A model generated the notes under the pieces. The model searched no databases. It saw nothing but the letters and a program-made list of their open reading frames with translations, and had not been told where the DNA came from. Positions 44,771 through 60,465 of a DNA stretch of 64,000 bases are shown here, piece by piece. The position numbers were made by a program, and so were the translations under genes. This DNA comes from the human T2T-CHM13v2.0 reference genome, Homo sapiens. Numbering within the stretch: position 1 is the stretch's first letter; each line of letters begins with the position of its first letter. The stretch lies in the NCBI RefSeq assembly GCF_009914755.1, contig NC_060928.1; one strand, written 5' to 3'.

Positions 44771-45230
44771 TGTGTCAGGTTAGATTCTCATAAAGTCTGC
44801 TACCAATATAAGATTAGATATACAAAAGACTTATGGGAGAAATGCCATTAAAGCTAAAATACAAGGGTACTAAATTAGGCAGTGGGAACCTTTAGCTCAC
44901 AGTGTGTACTGACTCCTGTGAAAGGAAACAGATAAAGAATAAAGGTAGGAACAGTCTTTAACTGCAGTACAGTTCTGAGAAATCGCTGATCAGGCCAATG
45001 GAGAGTTCCTGAGCAAAGGTTGCCCATTATAGGAGGGCTGAGTTTGGCCTGAGTGAACCAACTCTGAAACCACTCCACCCTCAAGGTGATTGGTAATGAC
45101 CATTGGTTGAGAGCAGCCAAAAGGAAATGTGGCTTACTGTGACAACCTTAGTAGATCCAAAGGGGTGATTGATAGCTGATGAGTATGAAGCAGGTTGTTT
45201 TAAAGGAGAATTGAGCAGCGTTCCTCCTTT
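44771..45230 (-). mobile_element. LTR16-type ERVL LTR
   Basis: 'tgtgtcaggttagattctc...ctgactcctgtgaaagga...gcagtacagttctgagaaa...caggccaatggagagttcctgagcaaaggttgcccatta'. Confidence 0.7.
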
Positions 45231-45775
45231 ACCTCAGCAACTGCTAACCTCCAGTACTATAGCTCTACAAGATTCTAAGGCAAAGTAAGGGAGAATGCAT
45301 ATAGCAAATAAAGAATAACTTATCTCCCATTCTCCTCCTGAAGCATTAGCCAAATTAACTTTTTTTTCTCTTTTCACCTGCTATCTTCTCTCCTGTCTGA
45401 AAAATCCAGTTATAATTCTGTGGTGACTTAAATTGAACACAAATCTGAGTCTTAGATAACTTGGAACGCAGTTGTTGCCTCCTTCTGATTGCTGATTCAG
45501 TTTGTGGGATAATCTTGTTCTGGTCAATCCAATATCACTGAGGATTAATGCTTTCCTCGGCTGCTTTCCAACACTCCATGGGTATAAACTCTCTGATCTG
45601 CTGCCCTGCACATTAGCCATACAGATTTGGATTTACCTGGTAGAAATAGCTTGGGGATCAAGCTGGGTTACTTACTAAACTATTATTTAAGTATTATAGG
45701 ATAAAAATAAAAGAAATCTCATTCTCCGTGGATATTGAAGGCTACCAACCCACTAAATTAAGTTAAATTAAATTG

Positions 45776-46430
45776 CAGTAGTCCCCACTAAACCATGGTT
45801 TTGCTTTCTGATATTTTAGTTACTCACAGTCAACCAATGTCCAAAAATATTAAATGGAAAATTCCAGAAATAACTCGCAAATTTTAAATTTGGCTCCTTT
45901 CTGAGTAGCATGATGAAGACTTGTGTCATCCCTTGAATCATCTTTTTGTCCAGTGTATCCGAGCTCTATACCTGTCTGTTAGGCGTCGACATCATCTGAT
46001 CATGACATCCAATCATTGACATTGTCACAGCTCTGTGATTCAGGATCATCTGAATCCAATGATCCTCCTTCTGATATATCATCAGAAGGTCAAGAGTAGC
46101 CCATTCACCTCACTTCACCTTGTCATGTAGGCATTTTATTATCTCACATAATCAAAAGAGGAAGGATGAGTACCATACAATGAGATATATTGAGAGAGAG
46201 AGAGAGACCACATTCACATAGCTTTTATTATGATTTATTATTAGAATATTCTATTTTTTTATTAGTTATTGTTGCTAATCTCTTACTGTGCCTAGTATAT
46301 AAATTAAATTTCATCACAGGTATGTATGTATAGAAAAATATAGTATAAATAGGATTTAGTACTATCCATGATTTCAGGCGTCTACTGGGGATTTTTCAAC
46401 ATGTCTCCTGTGAATAAAGAGTTGCTACTA
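45776..46430. mobile_element. MER44 (Tigger7-derived) DNA transposon
   Basis: TIR 'cagtagtcccc...' / '...gctacta'; 'aaaaatattaaatggaaaattccagaaataa', 'gagagagaccacattcacata', 'ttgttgctaatctcttactgtgccta'. Confidence 0.85.
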
Positions 46431-49400
46431 TATTAGTTCTACTTCAGTATAGGAAATTTGCAAAGCAGCTTACTGGGTTGCTTTGGTCTCTATCCTGATG
46501 ACTGCTATAACAGATTAACTTACTTTTCAGCATATATTCATCCTGCTTCCCCACAATTCCATCTTCATGCCCCAACAATGTTGGCCTTGACTATGTGGCT
46601 GGCTTTGTTCAAAACTATGTAGGTGGATGTGAGAGAGAACCAATTCCCAGCCTATATCTTAAGAGGCAATGAGTGTTTTTGGACATCCCTCTGAAATTTT
46701 TAATGATCACCATAAAAAAAAGCAAGACCTGGGTGAATATTATGTCTCCAGCTTTGCCCTGGAATGAGATCTGGGTAGTAGAACCAGACTTTAGTACCAG
46801 ACTCAACAAAAAGCCTCAAGCAGAGCCACACAAACTAACAGTCAAAGTGAGATTGAGAAATAGCTGTCTACTCTTGTTTGCTAATAGAGTTTTATTATGC
46901 AGCAAAAGCTTCTCAAATGAGCATCCTATTGCTCCCAGTGTCATGGATAAGGAAGTCAAATATTTGTGGCTTTCTCCCTTTAGCTATGAGATTTACTACC
47001 TCAGTTTCTTTCATGAAGGACAACCCTTCAGGTTTCCAGTTGTGGTTTTTCCCATTTAAGCTGCTTTGCCTTCCATACTCATTTTGGTTATAATTAGAAT
47101 GGGTTATGGGAAACACACACATTAAATAAACTGAAAACAGTAAAATCAATAAGGAAAGCAGTGTTAGTTTTCCATTTCCAGTAATGGGATTTGGTATAAA
47201 AGAGTAAACCTCCATTATATATGTGTGTGCCAGCAAGGTAGACAGATTTCTTATAGAATGCATAAGGACGTGAAAGGTAACACATGGTAAATAGCAAACA
47301 TCTACCTCTGAATGCAACGGTGCTCTCATTTACAGATGAGATTGGAGCTTGATTCCTCTCATCACTGAACATTTTGTAGGGAATTAACAGAATCATAAAA
47401 GATTACTAATTTGGAGAACTAACCCAATAAGATTAATGGAACATAGATACACTAATAAAAGTGGATACTGAGCGACTAAGCAGTTTATTTTTAAGTTTCC
47501 ATTGAAAAAAATATACAAACTTTAGCAAATATTGTCAGTTTTGCTGTTGCTACACAGCAAAAAGTAAATTATAGCAAGCTACAGTGAATTTGAAGGTTGC
47601 TTAAATCAATACTAGGGAGAGGTCAGAAGCCTTACATAATCCAATGTGTTGATGAACAAACGCTTTGTAGCTTAGATATAACAATTTTCTGAGGCAACTT
47701 TAGAGCACGAACTCGCTGTGATCCTGAAGTCAGGTATACATGTATGTATGTGTATATGTATGTATTTCCATTCAGCTGGGTACCTGAGTCTACCTTAAAC
47801 ATTCCATTAGTTACAGCATTTTAGAATTTTCTTTTTTACATTATTTCATTTAGTTTTCAAAGTCATTGGATAGGTAATAGGTTAAATTGTGCCTTTTCAG
47901 TCATGAGGAACTTTCTGAAATTTTATGTGCATCTTTGTACCTTCATTCTTCTTGTTCTTCACTTTTTCCAGGCATACACCCTTCCTGACTGTCATAAATC
48001 TTTTGTTGTATGGGTAACACAACAATAAAGCTCACAAAAGTAGCAAACATTTTAGTTGTCTATTAAACTTGAATTTTAAGAAAATGTAAGAATAGACACA
48101 AAAAGAAGGAATTATTGTGCTAAACTCGAAAAGTAAGTAAATTCTTTGAATACATACAAATAGATTATTTCACAGATGTGCTGAATGAACATAAATATGT
48201 ATTTGTTAAAAAAAAAAACCTATTGCTAATTACATGTTCTGTTTTTCTGTCTTAAAAAAAAACAAATATATCATTTTCAAGCTCAACAGATAGATATGGT
48301 ATTTCGCTCAATTAACTTAATCTTATAATACTGGAATTCTTAAGAAGCGCGTAGATACCTGCTTGCAGTCCATATGAGAGAGAAGCTTTGGTTTGGAATT
48401 AAATTTCAAACAGTGGGAGCAGGAGACACTTAAAATTTTATCTAGTTTCACTCTTAAAAAAACAGTTAAATACAAAACAAAAAAGTATAAACAATGCACA
48501 CTTCTTTTTAGGACATATTATGTTTGCTATTCTGAATTGAAATTAGAGCTGTTGGAAATCACAGTAAGTTTAAAGACACCAGTCCTTTTATCTCAGGAAC
48601 TAAGTGTTATTTAAGCAAAAAACAAAGGTAATTTTTGTTAGTTTTTTTTTTTTTTTAAGAGAAGGACTACTTTTTAAGACATACTACTTTTTTTAGTGTC
48701 TTTCAACAAAACTAAAGAATGTACAATTTTTTCACTGTAAAAGTGTAAAAGCACCACTTTTATACTATTATTTCTGTAAAAATATAATCTTATTGATGGA
48801 AAACTTACTTTTTAACCTAGAGATAAATTCCTTCTTAAATGCCATTTTAAATAAATGATAAAATTGGCTTCAGAGATATGAATTGGCAAGACAAATACAT
48901 ATTATAATTTATATCTTCCAAAATTAGCAATTTTGTATTGTATACAATTATTTAAATAAAATACAGCACAATGTGTTGTGAAAAATACGGTTATAACTAT
49001 GAAAGACTAAGTCGAGTTGTTATTGTTGTTAGTAGTAGTAGTATCATCCAGGATAGGTTATATTGCGCCATCGCCTGGTCAACAGTAAAGATTTTCATAG
49101 CGTTTGTCAAAGTCAGAGGTAGAGATTCCCCCTTCTTTTCTACCTCCCTTCTTCCTTTCTTCTCCTTTTTCTTTTCCTATTTCTCCCTGCTCTCCAGCTC
49201 CTGTTTCTCTCTTTTTCTCTTGTTTTCTTTTTCTTTTTTTCATTTTTCCCTTTGAAACAAATTTTTATGGAAATTAAATCAAGACGTACTTAAATCACAA
49301 CATCTCAAGAAGTCAAAGTCATACTAAATCCTGTGACTTAATTCATCTTTATTTCAAAATTTATTTTGAAATAATATGATGAATATATGCTGTAAAGAAA

Positions 49401-49780
49401 ACACAAAAAGTACAGAATAATTTAAAAATTAAACTTTATGTCTCCTCCAAACACCTCCACCTCCACTGGCGTTATGTGATACCCATTACCAGTTTGGTAT
49501 GTACATTTCTCTACTATTTGTATGCATAGACCAGTATATAAATATATTTAATTTGTATGTATGATTTCATACTATTCATATCCTACATCACCTTTCTTTT
49601 ATCATGTCAAAATGATCTTATAACTCTGTATAAATCAACATATACAAAATGATTTTTTTCCCAGGAAAAAACTAACTGGCACAGTTTTATACATATATGT
49701 ATAGACACATTTTTACACTGGAATTGTTTAAATAAGGTTCATACATATTTGTGAATTGAATAGATATTATTAACCAACTT

Positions 49781-50594
<814 letters not shown>

Positions 50595-50721
50595 GATATT
50601 ACTAAGCAATCTTCTACATTCTTCTATAAAAGATCTCCTTTCTCCATACTACTACTGGTATTAAAATTTCAAATTTTAAATTAAGTTATTTAACTGAGGA
50701 AGCAACAACAGCCAAGCAAAC

Positions 50722-51381
<660 letters not shown>

Positions 51382-52077
51382 CCAACCATTATTTCCACTA
51401 CATAATCTTGTTAAAGATTTTGTGAATTTTAGGAAATTCAAAAATTGAAATGATCAAATTAAATTATATACTATACCTCTATATTGCTGTTGTACCTGAC
51501 TTTATACAAGTGATATCACATATTCTGAAGAACTTCAGGAAAATCATTAAATAGAATTCTGAGACAGTAGGTAAGACTGAGCACCAGCACCCAGGCAAAG
51601 GCTTCTTATTCTTATCATAAGAAGTAGAAAAGGAGGATGGACCTGAAAGGAAGATAAAAGAGATTTTATTCCATGGCTTCTATTTTGTCTGTGAGTCACT
51701 TACCTGCTGAAGACCATAGAAAATATTTGTTTTATTACAAAAAATAGAAATTTTCTTAATGTTATATTCTTTGGAATAATTTAAATATTATTGAGACTAT
51801 CCGGTTTTAAAGATTAGCTCAATTGTCCTGTGAAACTAACTGGGACTGGTGGTTTGGGGGGCAATTTCTTGACAAATTTCTCATCATTTGAGTAAATTAA
51901 TGTGTTTCAGTTTACTATTTCTATTGTGGTTAATGTTGGAAAATTTTATTTAACAAATTAAATTTAAATTTTCTTTTTATCTAGGTTTCCATATATGTTT
52001 ACATAGAATTCTATGTAACAGCTACCCTTAGGACATCTGTTTATTTGTTTCTTATTGTATTTCTGTAAAGAATGGTT

Positions 52078-53414
52078 TATTTTTTATTCATTTAAAGTAT
52101 AAAACTTGATGATTTGATACACATATACATTGTGAAATGATTACCACAATCAAGCTAATTAATATATCCTTCAACTCACATAGTTATCTTTTTAAATTCT
52201 TTGTGGTGAGAAAAGTTTTAAACAACTATCTTAACAAATTTTAGGTAATGATACAGTATTATTCACAATGGTCACCATGCTGTACATTATATCCCCAGAA
52301 ATTATTCATCTTTTAATAAAAGTTTGTACCCTTTGAAGAGTGTCTTCTCATTTCTCCCACTCCCAGCCCCTGGCAGGCAGCATTCTACTCTCTGTAAGTT
52401 TAACATTTTTAGATTCCACATATAAGTAAGAATTATTCAGTGTTTGCCTTTCTGTATCTAGCTTATTTGACTTCACATAATGTCTTTTGGATTAATCTGT
52501 GTTGTTACAAAGTGGCAAGATTTCCTTCCTTTTTATGGCTGAATAATACTCCATTTATACATGTACATAAATACTTATACACAAATACATATATATGTGT
52601 ATGTATATATATGTATACATATGTGTGTATATATGTATGTATACATACACACAAACAATTCATTTATCCATTGACGAACAAGTTATTTCCTTACATTGGC
52701 TATTGTGAATAATGCTGTAATAATCATGGGAGTGCAGATATCATTTTGACATGCTAATTTCATTTTCATTGAGTATACATACAGAAGATATATTATTAGT
52801 TCATATGGTACTTTTCTTTTTCATCTTTTGAAGAGCCTCTGTACTGTTTCCCATAATCATTATATCGATTTACATTCCCACCAATAACGTGCAAATGTTC
52901 CTTTTCATCACACTCTAGCCAATAGTAATTATCTATTTATATATTTTGATAATATCTATGTCTATGTTGATAATAGCCCTACTAAGAGATGTGAGGTTGT
53001 ATTCCATTTTGAGGTTTTGATTTGCATTTTTCTGATGACTAGTGATGTTAAGCACCTTTTTTATTTTTTTGATTTAATAAATGTTTATTTTTTCAAGTGT
53101 ACAGTTGGTTGGACCTGTTCATGCATCTTCACCAGCATCTGGAGCATTTCCTCCATTGGTATTTCTGGTACAAATTACTTGAGCTCTGTTAAGCACCTTT
53201 TCATACAACTTTGGCCATTTGTATGTTTTATTTGGAAATATTTCTATCTGGTTCCTTTATGTTTTAATTGGGTTATCTGTTTTTTTTTTGCTATTGAGTT
53301 GTATGAACTACTCATATATTTTGGATATTAACTCCTTTTCAGATATTTGGCTTGCAACTATTTTATGCTATTATGTAGGTTGCCTTTTTATTGATTTGCT
53401 TTTCTATTGTGCAG
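52078..53414 (-). mobile_element. L1MA (MA9-like) 3' end
   Basis: 'catatacattgtgaaatgattaccacaatcaagctaattaa...ccatgctgtacatta...gattccacatataagt'. Confidence 0.9.
53061..53186 (-). pseudogene. RPS25: 5'-truncated processed pseudogene of ribosomal protein S25 (last ~22 codons, 3' UTR, poly(A))
   Basis: Minus strand reads RAQVICTRNTNGGNAPDAGEDA* versus recalled RPS25 C-terminus [22 protein letters not shown] (18/22); short UTR with AATAAA (53084-53089), A tail, perfect 15-bp TSD tgttaagcacctttt (53046-53060 / 53187-53201). Confidence 0.92.
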
Positions 53415-54378
53415 TTGATACTACCCAAAGCCACATAGAGAGTCAATGCAATCTTTATCAAAATTCCAGTGATATTTTTCACAGAAATAGAAAAATTCTA
53501 AAAAAAACTTTAGAACTTTTAGAAAAATTACTAAAATGCTTATGGAACCACAAAGAATACTTCAATAGATAAAACAATCAGGAGACAGAAGAATGAATTG
53601 GAGTCATTATGCTTCCTGGTTTCAAATTATATTGCAAAGCTGTAATAATCAAAACAGTATGGTCCTGACATGGAAACAGACATATAGACCAATTAGACAT
53701 AATAGAGAGAGTCCAGAAATAATCCTAAGCACACATGGTAAACTAATCTTGACAAAGATGGCAAGAATATACAATGAAGAAAACAGTAATTTTAATAAGT
53801 GGTATTGGTTAAACTATATATACACATGTAAAAGAATAAAATTGGTCTGGGCACAGTGGTTTATGCCTGTAATGCTAGCACTTTTCAAGGTGGGCAGATC
53901 ACTTGATCTCGGGAACTCCAGAGCAGCCTGGGAAACTTGGCAAAATCCTATCTCTACCCAAAAACAAAACAAAACAAAACAACAACAACAAAAAAGCATA
54001 GAAAATATTTAGCTGGATGTGGTGGTGCATGCCTGTGGTCCCAACTACTCGGAAAGCTGAGATGGGAGAATCATGGTAGAGGCTGAAGTGAATTGTGATC
54101 CTGCTGCAGAACTCCAGCCTGGTTGACAGAGCCAGACCCTGTCTCAAAATAAATAAAATTGGACCCTTACCATACATCATACACAAAATTAACTCAAAGT
54201 AGATTAAAAACTGAAATGTAAGATATGAAACTGTAAAATTCCTTGGAGAAAACTTTCTTAACTTTGGTCTTGGCAATGACTTCTTGGATATGATTCCAAA
54301 AGTATGGCAACAAAAACAAAAAAAAAGTGGGATTACATCAAACTAATAAACTTCTGCAGAGCAAAGAAAACAATCAAA
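53415..54378 (+). mobile_element. Inverted 5' segment of the same L1MA (ORF2)
   Basis: 'atactacccaaagc...caatgcaatctttatcaaaattcca', 'gtaataatcaaaacagtatggtcctgaca', 'gtgggattacatcaaacta'. Confidence 0.88.
53845..54152 (+). mobile_element. AluJ, degenerate
   Basis: Dimeric Alu with expanded (AAAAC) linker; TSD aataaaattgg. Confidence 0.88.
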
Positions 54379-55799
54379 TATTTTTCTTCTTTTCTAACAG
54401 TTATTTTATCCTTATGATTTCTTATTTTGAATATCTGTGATTTCTACCTTACTAAATGGATTAAGTTAGCTATTGGTTCATTAATCATGTTACTTTTTTC
54501 CAAGAGCCTGGATTATGGTTTATTATTACATCTATTCCTTTTTTTCTATACCTCATTAATTTCTTTTTAATGTTTAATTCCCTGTGTTTCTCAGATGAGA
54601 ACCACTGAAGGCAATATCCATAATAATTTAGATTTATAAGCCTTATTAGCATACATTTTGGACTTTTGTAACCAAAAAAGGCATATCTGGAAAGCAATCA
54701 GAAAAACCCATATTGTTAGAAAAACTAAAATAAATCCCCACTGTGCTCCATTGCCTGGATGAATGTGTTTGTTGCCTTTATTATTTGGTTATTCTGTAAA
54801 GAGGATCTAAAATGTCATTGGCTATTAAAAACCCTGATCTACTTAAATACTGGAAAATGTCAGGACAAAATCTGTGTATAAATTTTGAGCATATAAAATA
54901 CCAAATAAATGTCAGTAAATTAGCCATATTTGATGGAACGTATCTATTGCATATTATACTTCCTGAAAATACCGTGATGAGAGAAAAAGAAAGCAATGTT
55001 TTTGGAATATTGTTCATACCTTTTTTTAAACTTTAAAATGCCATCACATTGCATTGTTCTTCTTGCAAGAATATTCTAAAAGACAATAGTAATAAAAAAG
55101 AGACTAGAGACCCACCCCACAATCAAATCCACAGGGATCTTTACATGGTCTGTATAAAACAGGTTCATCGTAATCAATGTGAGTTCTTCTCATACTGAAC
55201 AAAAATCAAGCAAAATGAATTCAAAGAAAGCAATAGGCAGGCTTTTTTATTGAACACTAGGATTTTTTTTTTCCTGTAGAGTTATAATCTCTGATTCATT
55301 GAATTTTTCTCTTTTCAGCAGAATAACAGGGATGAAAAAGAAACTTGCTTTAGTGAAATAACTTTTTAGATACGTATATTGCTGCAATAATAGAATTAAA
55401 TTAGACATTTCCTTATCATTAGATTTTACTTTATAAGACAATGGAGACATCAATAATTTGTTCAATAAGATTTCCACATTACCACAGATTTTCTCTATCA
55501 TATTGATAACACATAGGCACAAGTAATCAATATTTGATTAAATCATATTTATTTAAGTGGTATCATCTGCAAAACAGATAATTTCTAGTAGAAATTATTA
55601 TTTATTATTATTTCTGGTACTCAATAAATTTTCTTCTTGATCTAGAAGTAGGTTTTGAATCATAAAGGGTTTAACAAGGCTATCTGAAATAGGACTTCTA
55701 AAACATTGATATTTTGAACAATTCCTTAAATTGCCAGAACTTTTCTGAAGAGCTAATCCACCTTATGTTAGTTTTGTCCAAGTTGGAGACACAAGTTTA

Positions 55800-56900
55800 A
55801 TAAAATAGTTTATAATACACCATAGTTTTATTTGGCAACACAAAAACCTAACTCCTTCTAGAAGGTTAAAAAGAAGCTTTTACTGAGGTGAAGTTTTAAC
55901 TTGATTCTGAAGGAAGAGTAGGAAATTACAAATGAGTTGTCAGGAATAAAAACAAAGTCACTAAGCAGAATAAACAAAACATATGAAGGTAATAAATTAG
56001 AAAATAAAAGATAATAACATCAACAAAAGTGAACTCAACACACGATAGTAATGAGAATTTCATTATATCTGCAAAATACAGTATGATGAATAGGCAAGGA
56101 ATGGAGATGTCATTATAACTTGAGACAAGATTTTAAAAGTACTTAGTTTTAAGAGAGCCAGTATAAAGTTTTATTCCTAAAACTAATAACATCAACTTTC
56201 TCTTTATGATATAAAAATATATGCTTTTAACAACTTGCCAGCTGCTCTGCCTACGAAGTAGCTATTCTTTTATTCCTTTGCTTTCTTAATGAAAAAGAAA
56301 AAAGAAAAAGAAATGAGAAGGAGAAGGAGAAGGGAAAGGGAGAGGGAGAGGAGAGAAGGGAGAACAAGGGAGAAGGTAGAAAAGTATTTACCAGAAGAGG
56401 AGAAAGCTACTCTCAGGGAAAATGATTCAGTGTCCTTTGCAACAATCTAAACAGGCATGATAAGAGTCTTAACTGAGGCAACATTGTTAGTAAAAGAGAG
56501 ACGCAGCAATTGGGGAGCATTTCAGAGGTATAATTAGCATAGCTGGTTGATTTAATAAAAGTAAAAGTCTAGAAATGTGGATCTAAAGGTTGATGTCAAG
56601 ATTAGTGCTCTTCCTACTATGTGCATGGTGATGTCACCATGTAAGGCTTAAATGAAAAATGCTATAAAGTGTGGTGGGAAGAAAACAAAGGTTATTCTGC
56701 ATATGTTAAAATACCTGTAGAAACTCTAGAAAGATGAAAAAATACATGATTTGGTGCTTGGGAAGACACAAAGGGGTAATGATAGACACATAGTGGAGAG
56801 TAGTAGCTGAATTTATGTGAAAGGGAAAGATAATAAAATAAAAAAGGCTAAAACATACTGATTCTAAGATTTAAGAGATATTTGGAGTTGGGAATATTAT
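55800..56900 (-). mobile_element. Degraded L2 fragments
   Basis: 'aagaagcttttactgaggtgaagttttaacttgattctgaaggaagagtagga', 'ttgcaacaatctaaacaggcatgataagagtcttaactgagg'. Confidence 0.5.
56292..56376 (+). repeat. Purine-rich (A/G) low-complexity tract
   Basis: Directly visible. Confidence 0.85.
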
Positions 56901-59900
56901 TCTTATATATAAGGCCACATTTATCATTACAGTGATGGATATTATATAAGCCAATAGAATGTTCATATCCACCCTGAAGCATCTTTTATTGGATAGTTTT
57001 TACCAACTAACGTAAAATTTTATATTGGCCTGTTAAAGATGTTTTGCATTTATGTATGTGAATAAGTTCATCATCTGCCAATATAAGTATAGTTTGAATA
57101 AAATAAAATTGGCAATAAACAATTTTGACCTAGAAAAAAAATGAAAGGTTTTTTTGTGCAATATAATATCCTTAAAAATATAAGGCCATGACTTAATTTA
57201 TTGGTCTTAAACAGAGATTACATATGATTAGATCAATTTGTGGTGCATGACTCCATATCTAAAAGTCTTTATCAAAAAGAAAATGTTAAAAAGCTGCAAT
57301 TCCTTTATATGAAACTAAAGATTGTTCATATATTCTGGTTACTGACAATTCAAATATTTATTAGCTCGTAATTTTTCAAACTGTTAAATTTAGCTATTTT
57401 GAACTGAAAGTCTTGGAACAAATTTATATGCGTGTGTGTTTGATGTGTTATTTCCAAAAACGTAAAAAATAATATGCTGAAGAACACACATATAGAATTA
57501 TGTTTTCATAGACATTTGATTGCCAGTTAGAAAAAATAAGTTACCAGAAATGTCAATAAAAAGGACTCATTTGGAAAAAATGATTACAGATAAATTTCTA
57601 AAGGTTTCACTGCACTTTTTATAGGCTGCTGCTAGAGGGAAATCTAGAATGGTTAACTCTAAAGTAAAATAAGGATTAAATACAAATTTAGACTGAGTAG
57701 AATGAATTCAATGTCTGTTTTTTCTCTGGGGGATAGTTGAGAACCACCGTGAAACCAATGAAGTTCTTCTTTCCTTGAAGATTTAGTTTGTAAGACTTTA
57801 CATTTTCTAAAAGATGCTGAAGGAATTGTGAATATAAGTACTCCACTGAGCTTTAACCTAGATAGACCTCTGAAAATATACCTGAATCTCTACAATGTCA
57901 ACAGCAAAATAATAGGAAAATAGAGAAGAGTGAATTTAATACCCACTCATGGTAGCTTCTCCTCTGAAAAAGGAAAGAAAGAAAACAGACACATTCATAA
58001 GACATTTAACTATTTGAAAATAAGAAAAGCAAGACAAATTGGCAAAAAAAAAAAAAATAGTAGATCAAGCCATGATTTTATTACGTTGGACTTCTGCAAT
58101 AGCATTCTACCTGAACTACCTGCTTCGTGTCTCACCTTCTTCCCAGTATAGATTATTCTTTATGAACTGTAACCAAAATTTGATATTTTAAATATAAATC
58201 AAATTGTGAATTTTGCCTGTTTAAAATTTTTTTGAGATTTTCCATCACTCTCAGAATAAAACCTAAACTTTGAACCACAGTCCAAAAGGCTTTTGGTGAT
58301 AGGAAATTGACTATGACTGCTGGGTGGCTAGCTCACTTATTATTCCCAGTCTCTTTCTTCTCTGCTTACTCAGAGCTAGTCACACTAGAAAAGATAGTTT
58401 CTCGCTTTAAGGAAAGGAACTCTAAGAATGTATCTTAATGTTTGTATATAATAAAAACAAAAATTTCAAATGGTTGGGAGAGAGACATGGAGTAAGAGAC
58501 AAAACAGACTTAAGGAAGGAGCAGAGAGAGAGTGTGTGGGTTGAATGAGGATAAATAGAACTAAGTGGGAGAGGAAGATTGCTCCCATCCACTCAAAAGT
58601 GTATGCCTGCCAGAACCATTTAGTGGAGCTGCTGAACAGCTTTGTTAAGGTGTTTATCCCCTAGACACAGTTCTGAGCTGTGGGCATTCAGTGGTATAGA
58701 AAGGAATTTCAGAGTATGCCAAGCACACAAGAGGAGGTTTTCTAGGCAGACACAGTGTTGTGACTCATCTGCATAATCCCTTCACCCTGTTCAAGGAGGA
58801 AGGAGGACACCATGAATTCTGAGGATGTCAGTCCTGACAGCTTTATTACAAAGAAGGAGCCACTCAACTAATATGCATTCTGGCATGGCTACTTCCAGGC
58901 ATATTAGATGTACCCAATTCAGAGGATACTCTAGTTTATTACTAATTTATTTCTAAGATACAAAAGGGAGAAAGATGAAAATGATGAAACAGATTTGATT
59001 ACACTAAATCATAGATTCAATTTCATCAGTTTATTTTGGCTGTCCAGACTATGGGAGATAAGGACATGGAGAGAGAATGCATTTCCTTTTTCCACTCCAC
59101 ACCCATCATTGCTAATTTCAATACAGACATCATTGCTGCCGGTGCAATTGTTCTTCCTCTCCTTTCTCGTTCTCCTCCTGTCCCCATTCTTGTTCATGGA
59201 GGAAAAATTAAATCACTTGTCACTTAATAAAAAATATACTTTAGTAATAAATTCATCTGTAATAATTATATATGTAGACATAAATATGTATATGTAGGTG
59301 GTTTCACAAAAATGGATACATATATCATTTTCCATATTAAGAAATAAGTATATCGGTATTTTGATTAAAGAGTTTACTTAGGCATTTATTTTTTCTGAGC
59401 CAGAAATTGACCTAGCTTGAAGTTAGTGAAATGAGGCCATTAAAAACACTCTAATTAATTAGCATGAATGAAAATGCACGCCTAAAAACTAATAAAGAAG
59501 AGTTTTATATTCCCAAATGTATTTTAAAGATTTTATCTCCAGCTTCGATTACTCTCTTCAATGTTAGAACTCTTTCATTTCATGAGCCACAGTTTATCCA
59601 GTGCCTACATTCTGGAGTTCTAGATATTGGAGAGGCCATCAAAAACCAAGCATGCAAGCCTCTGTTTTAATGGTGCTCACATTCTAATAAAAAGACAGTG
59701 CACTGATAAGTAAATGAAAATAAAATTAATTTAAAATAGTTATAAGGGTTATGAAAAATAAATCACAAAATCAGCTGTAACATTACCGTGAGGGCTATTT
59801 TGATAAGGCAACGAGGAAAACCTGTCTAGAAAGGTAATATTTTGAGAAGGATTTAGTCATATGAGTGTTATAGGATGAGATTCCAGTCAGAAAAAACAGC

Positions 59901-59907
59901 ATGGGCA

Positions 59908-60465
<558 letters not shown>

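Noticed and set aside
46067-46089. Small hairpin ccttctgat...atcagaagg
   Set aside because: Internal to the MER44/Tigger7 element; likely a consensus feature
46615-47396. Cluster of overlapping 64-138 aa ORFs in apparently unique DNA
   Set aside because: No recognisable protein or convincing splice architecture; consistent with chance ORFs, although a non-coding exon cannot be excluded
58560-58940. GC-richer block with an AP-1 site (tgactca ~58761)
   Set aside because: Probably an ancient LTR remnant I cannot name; a single motif is insufficient evidence
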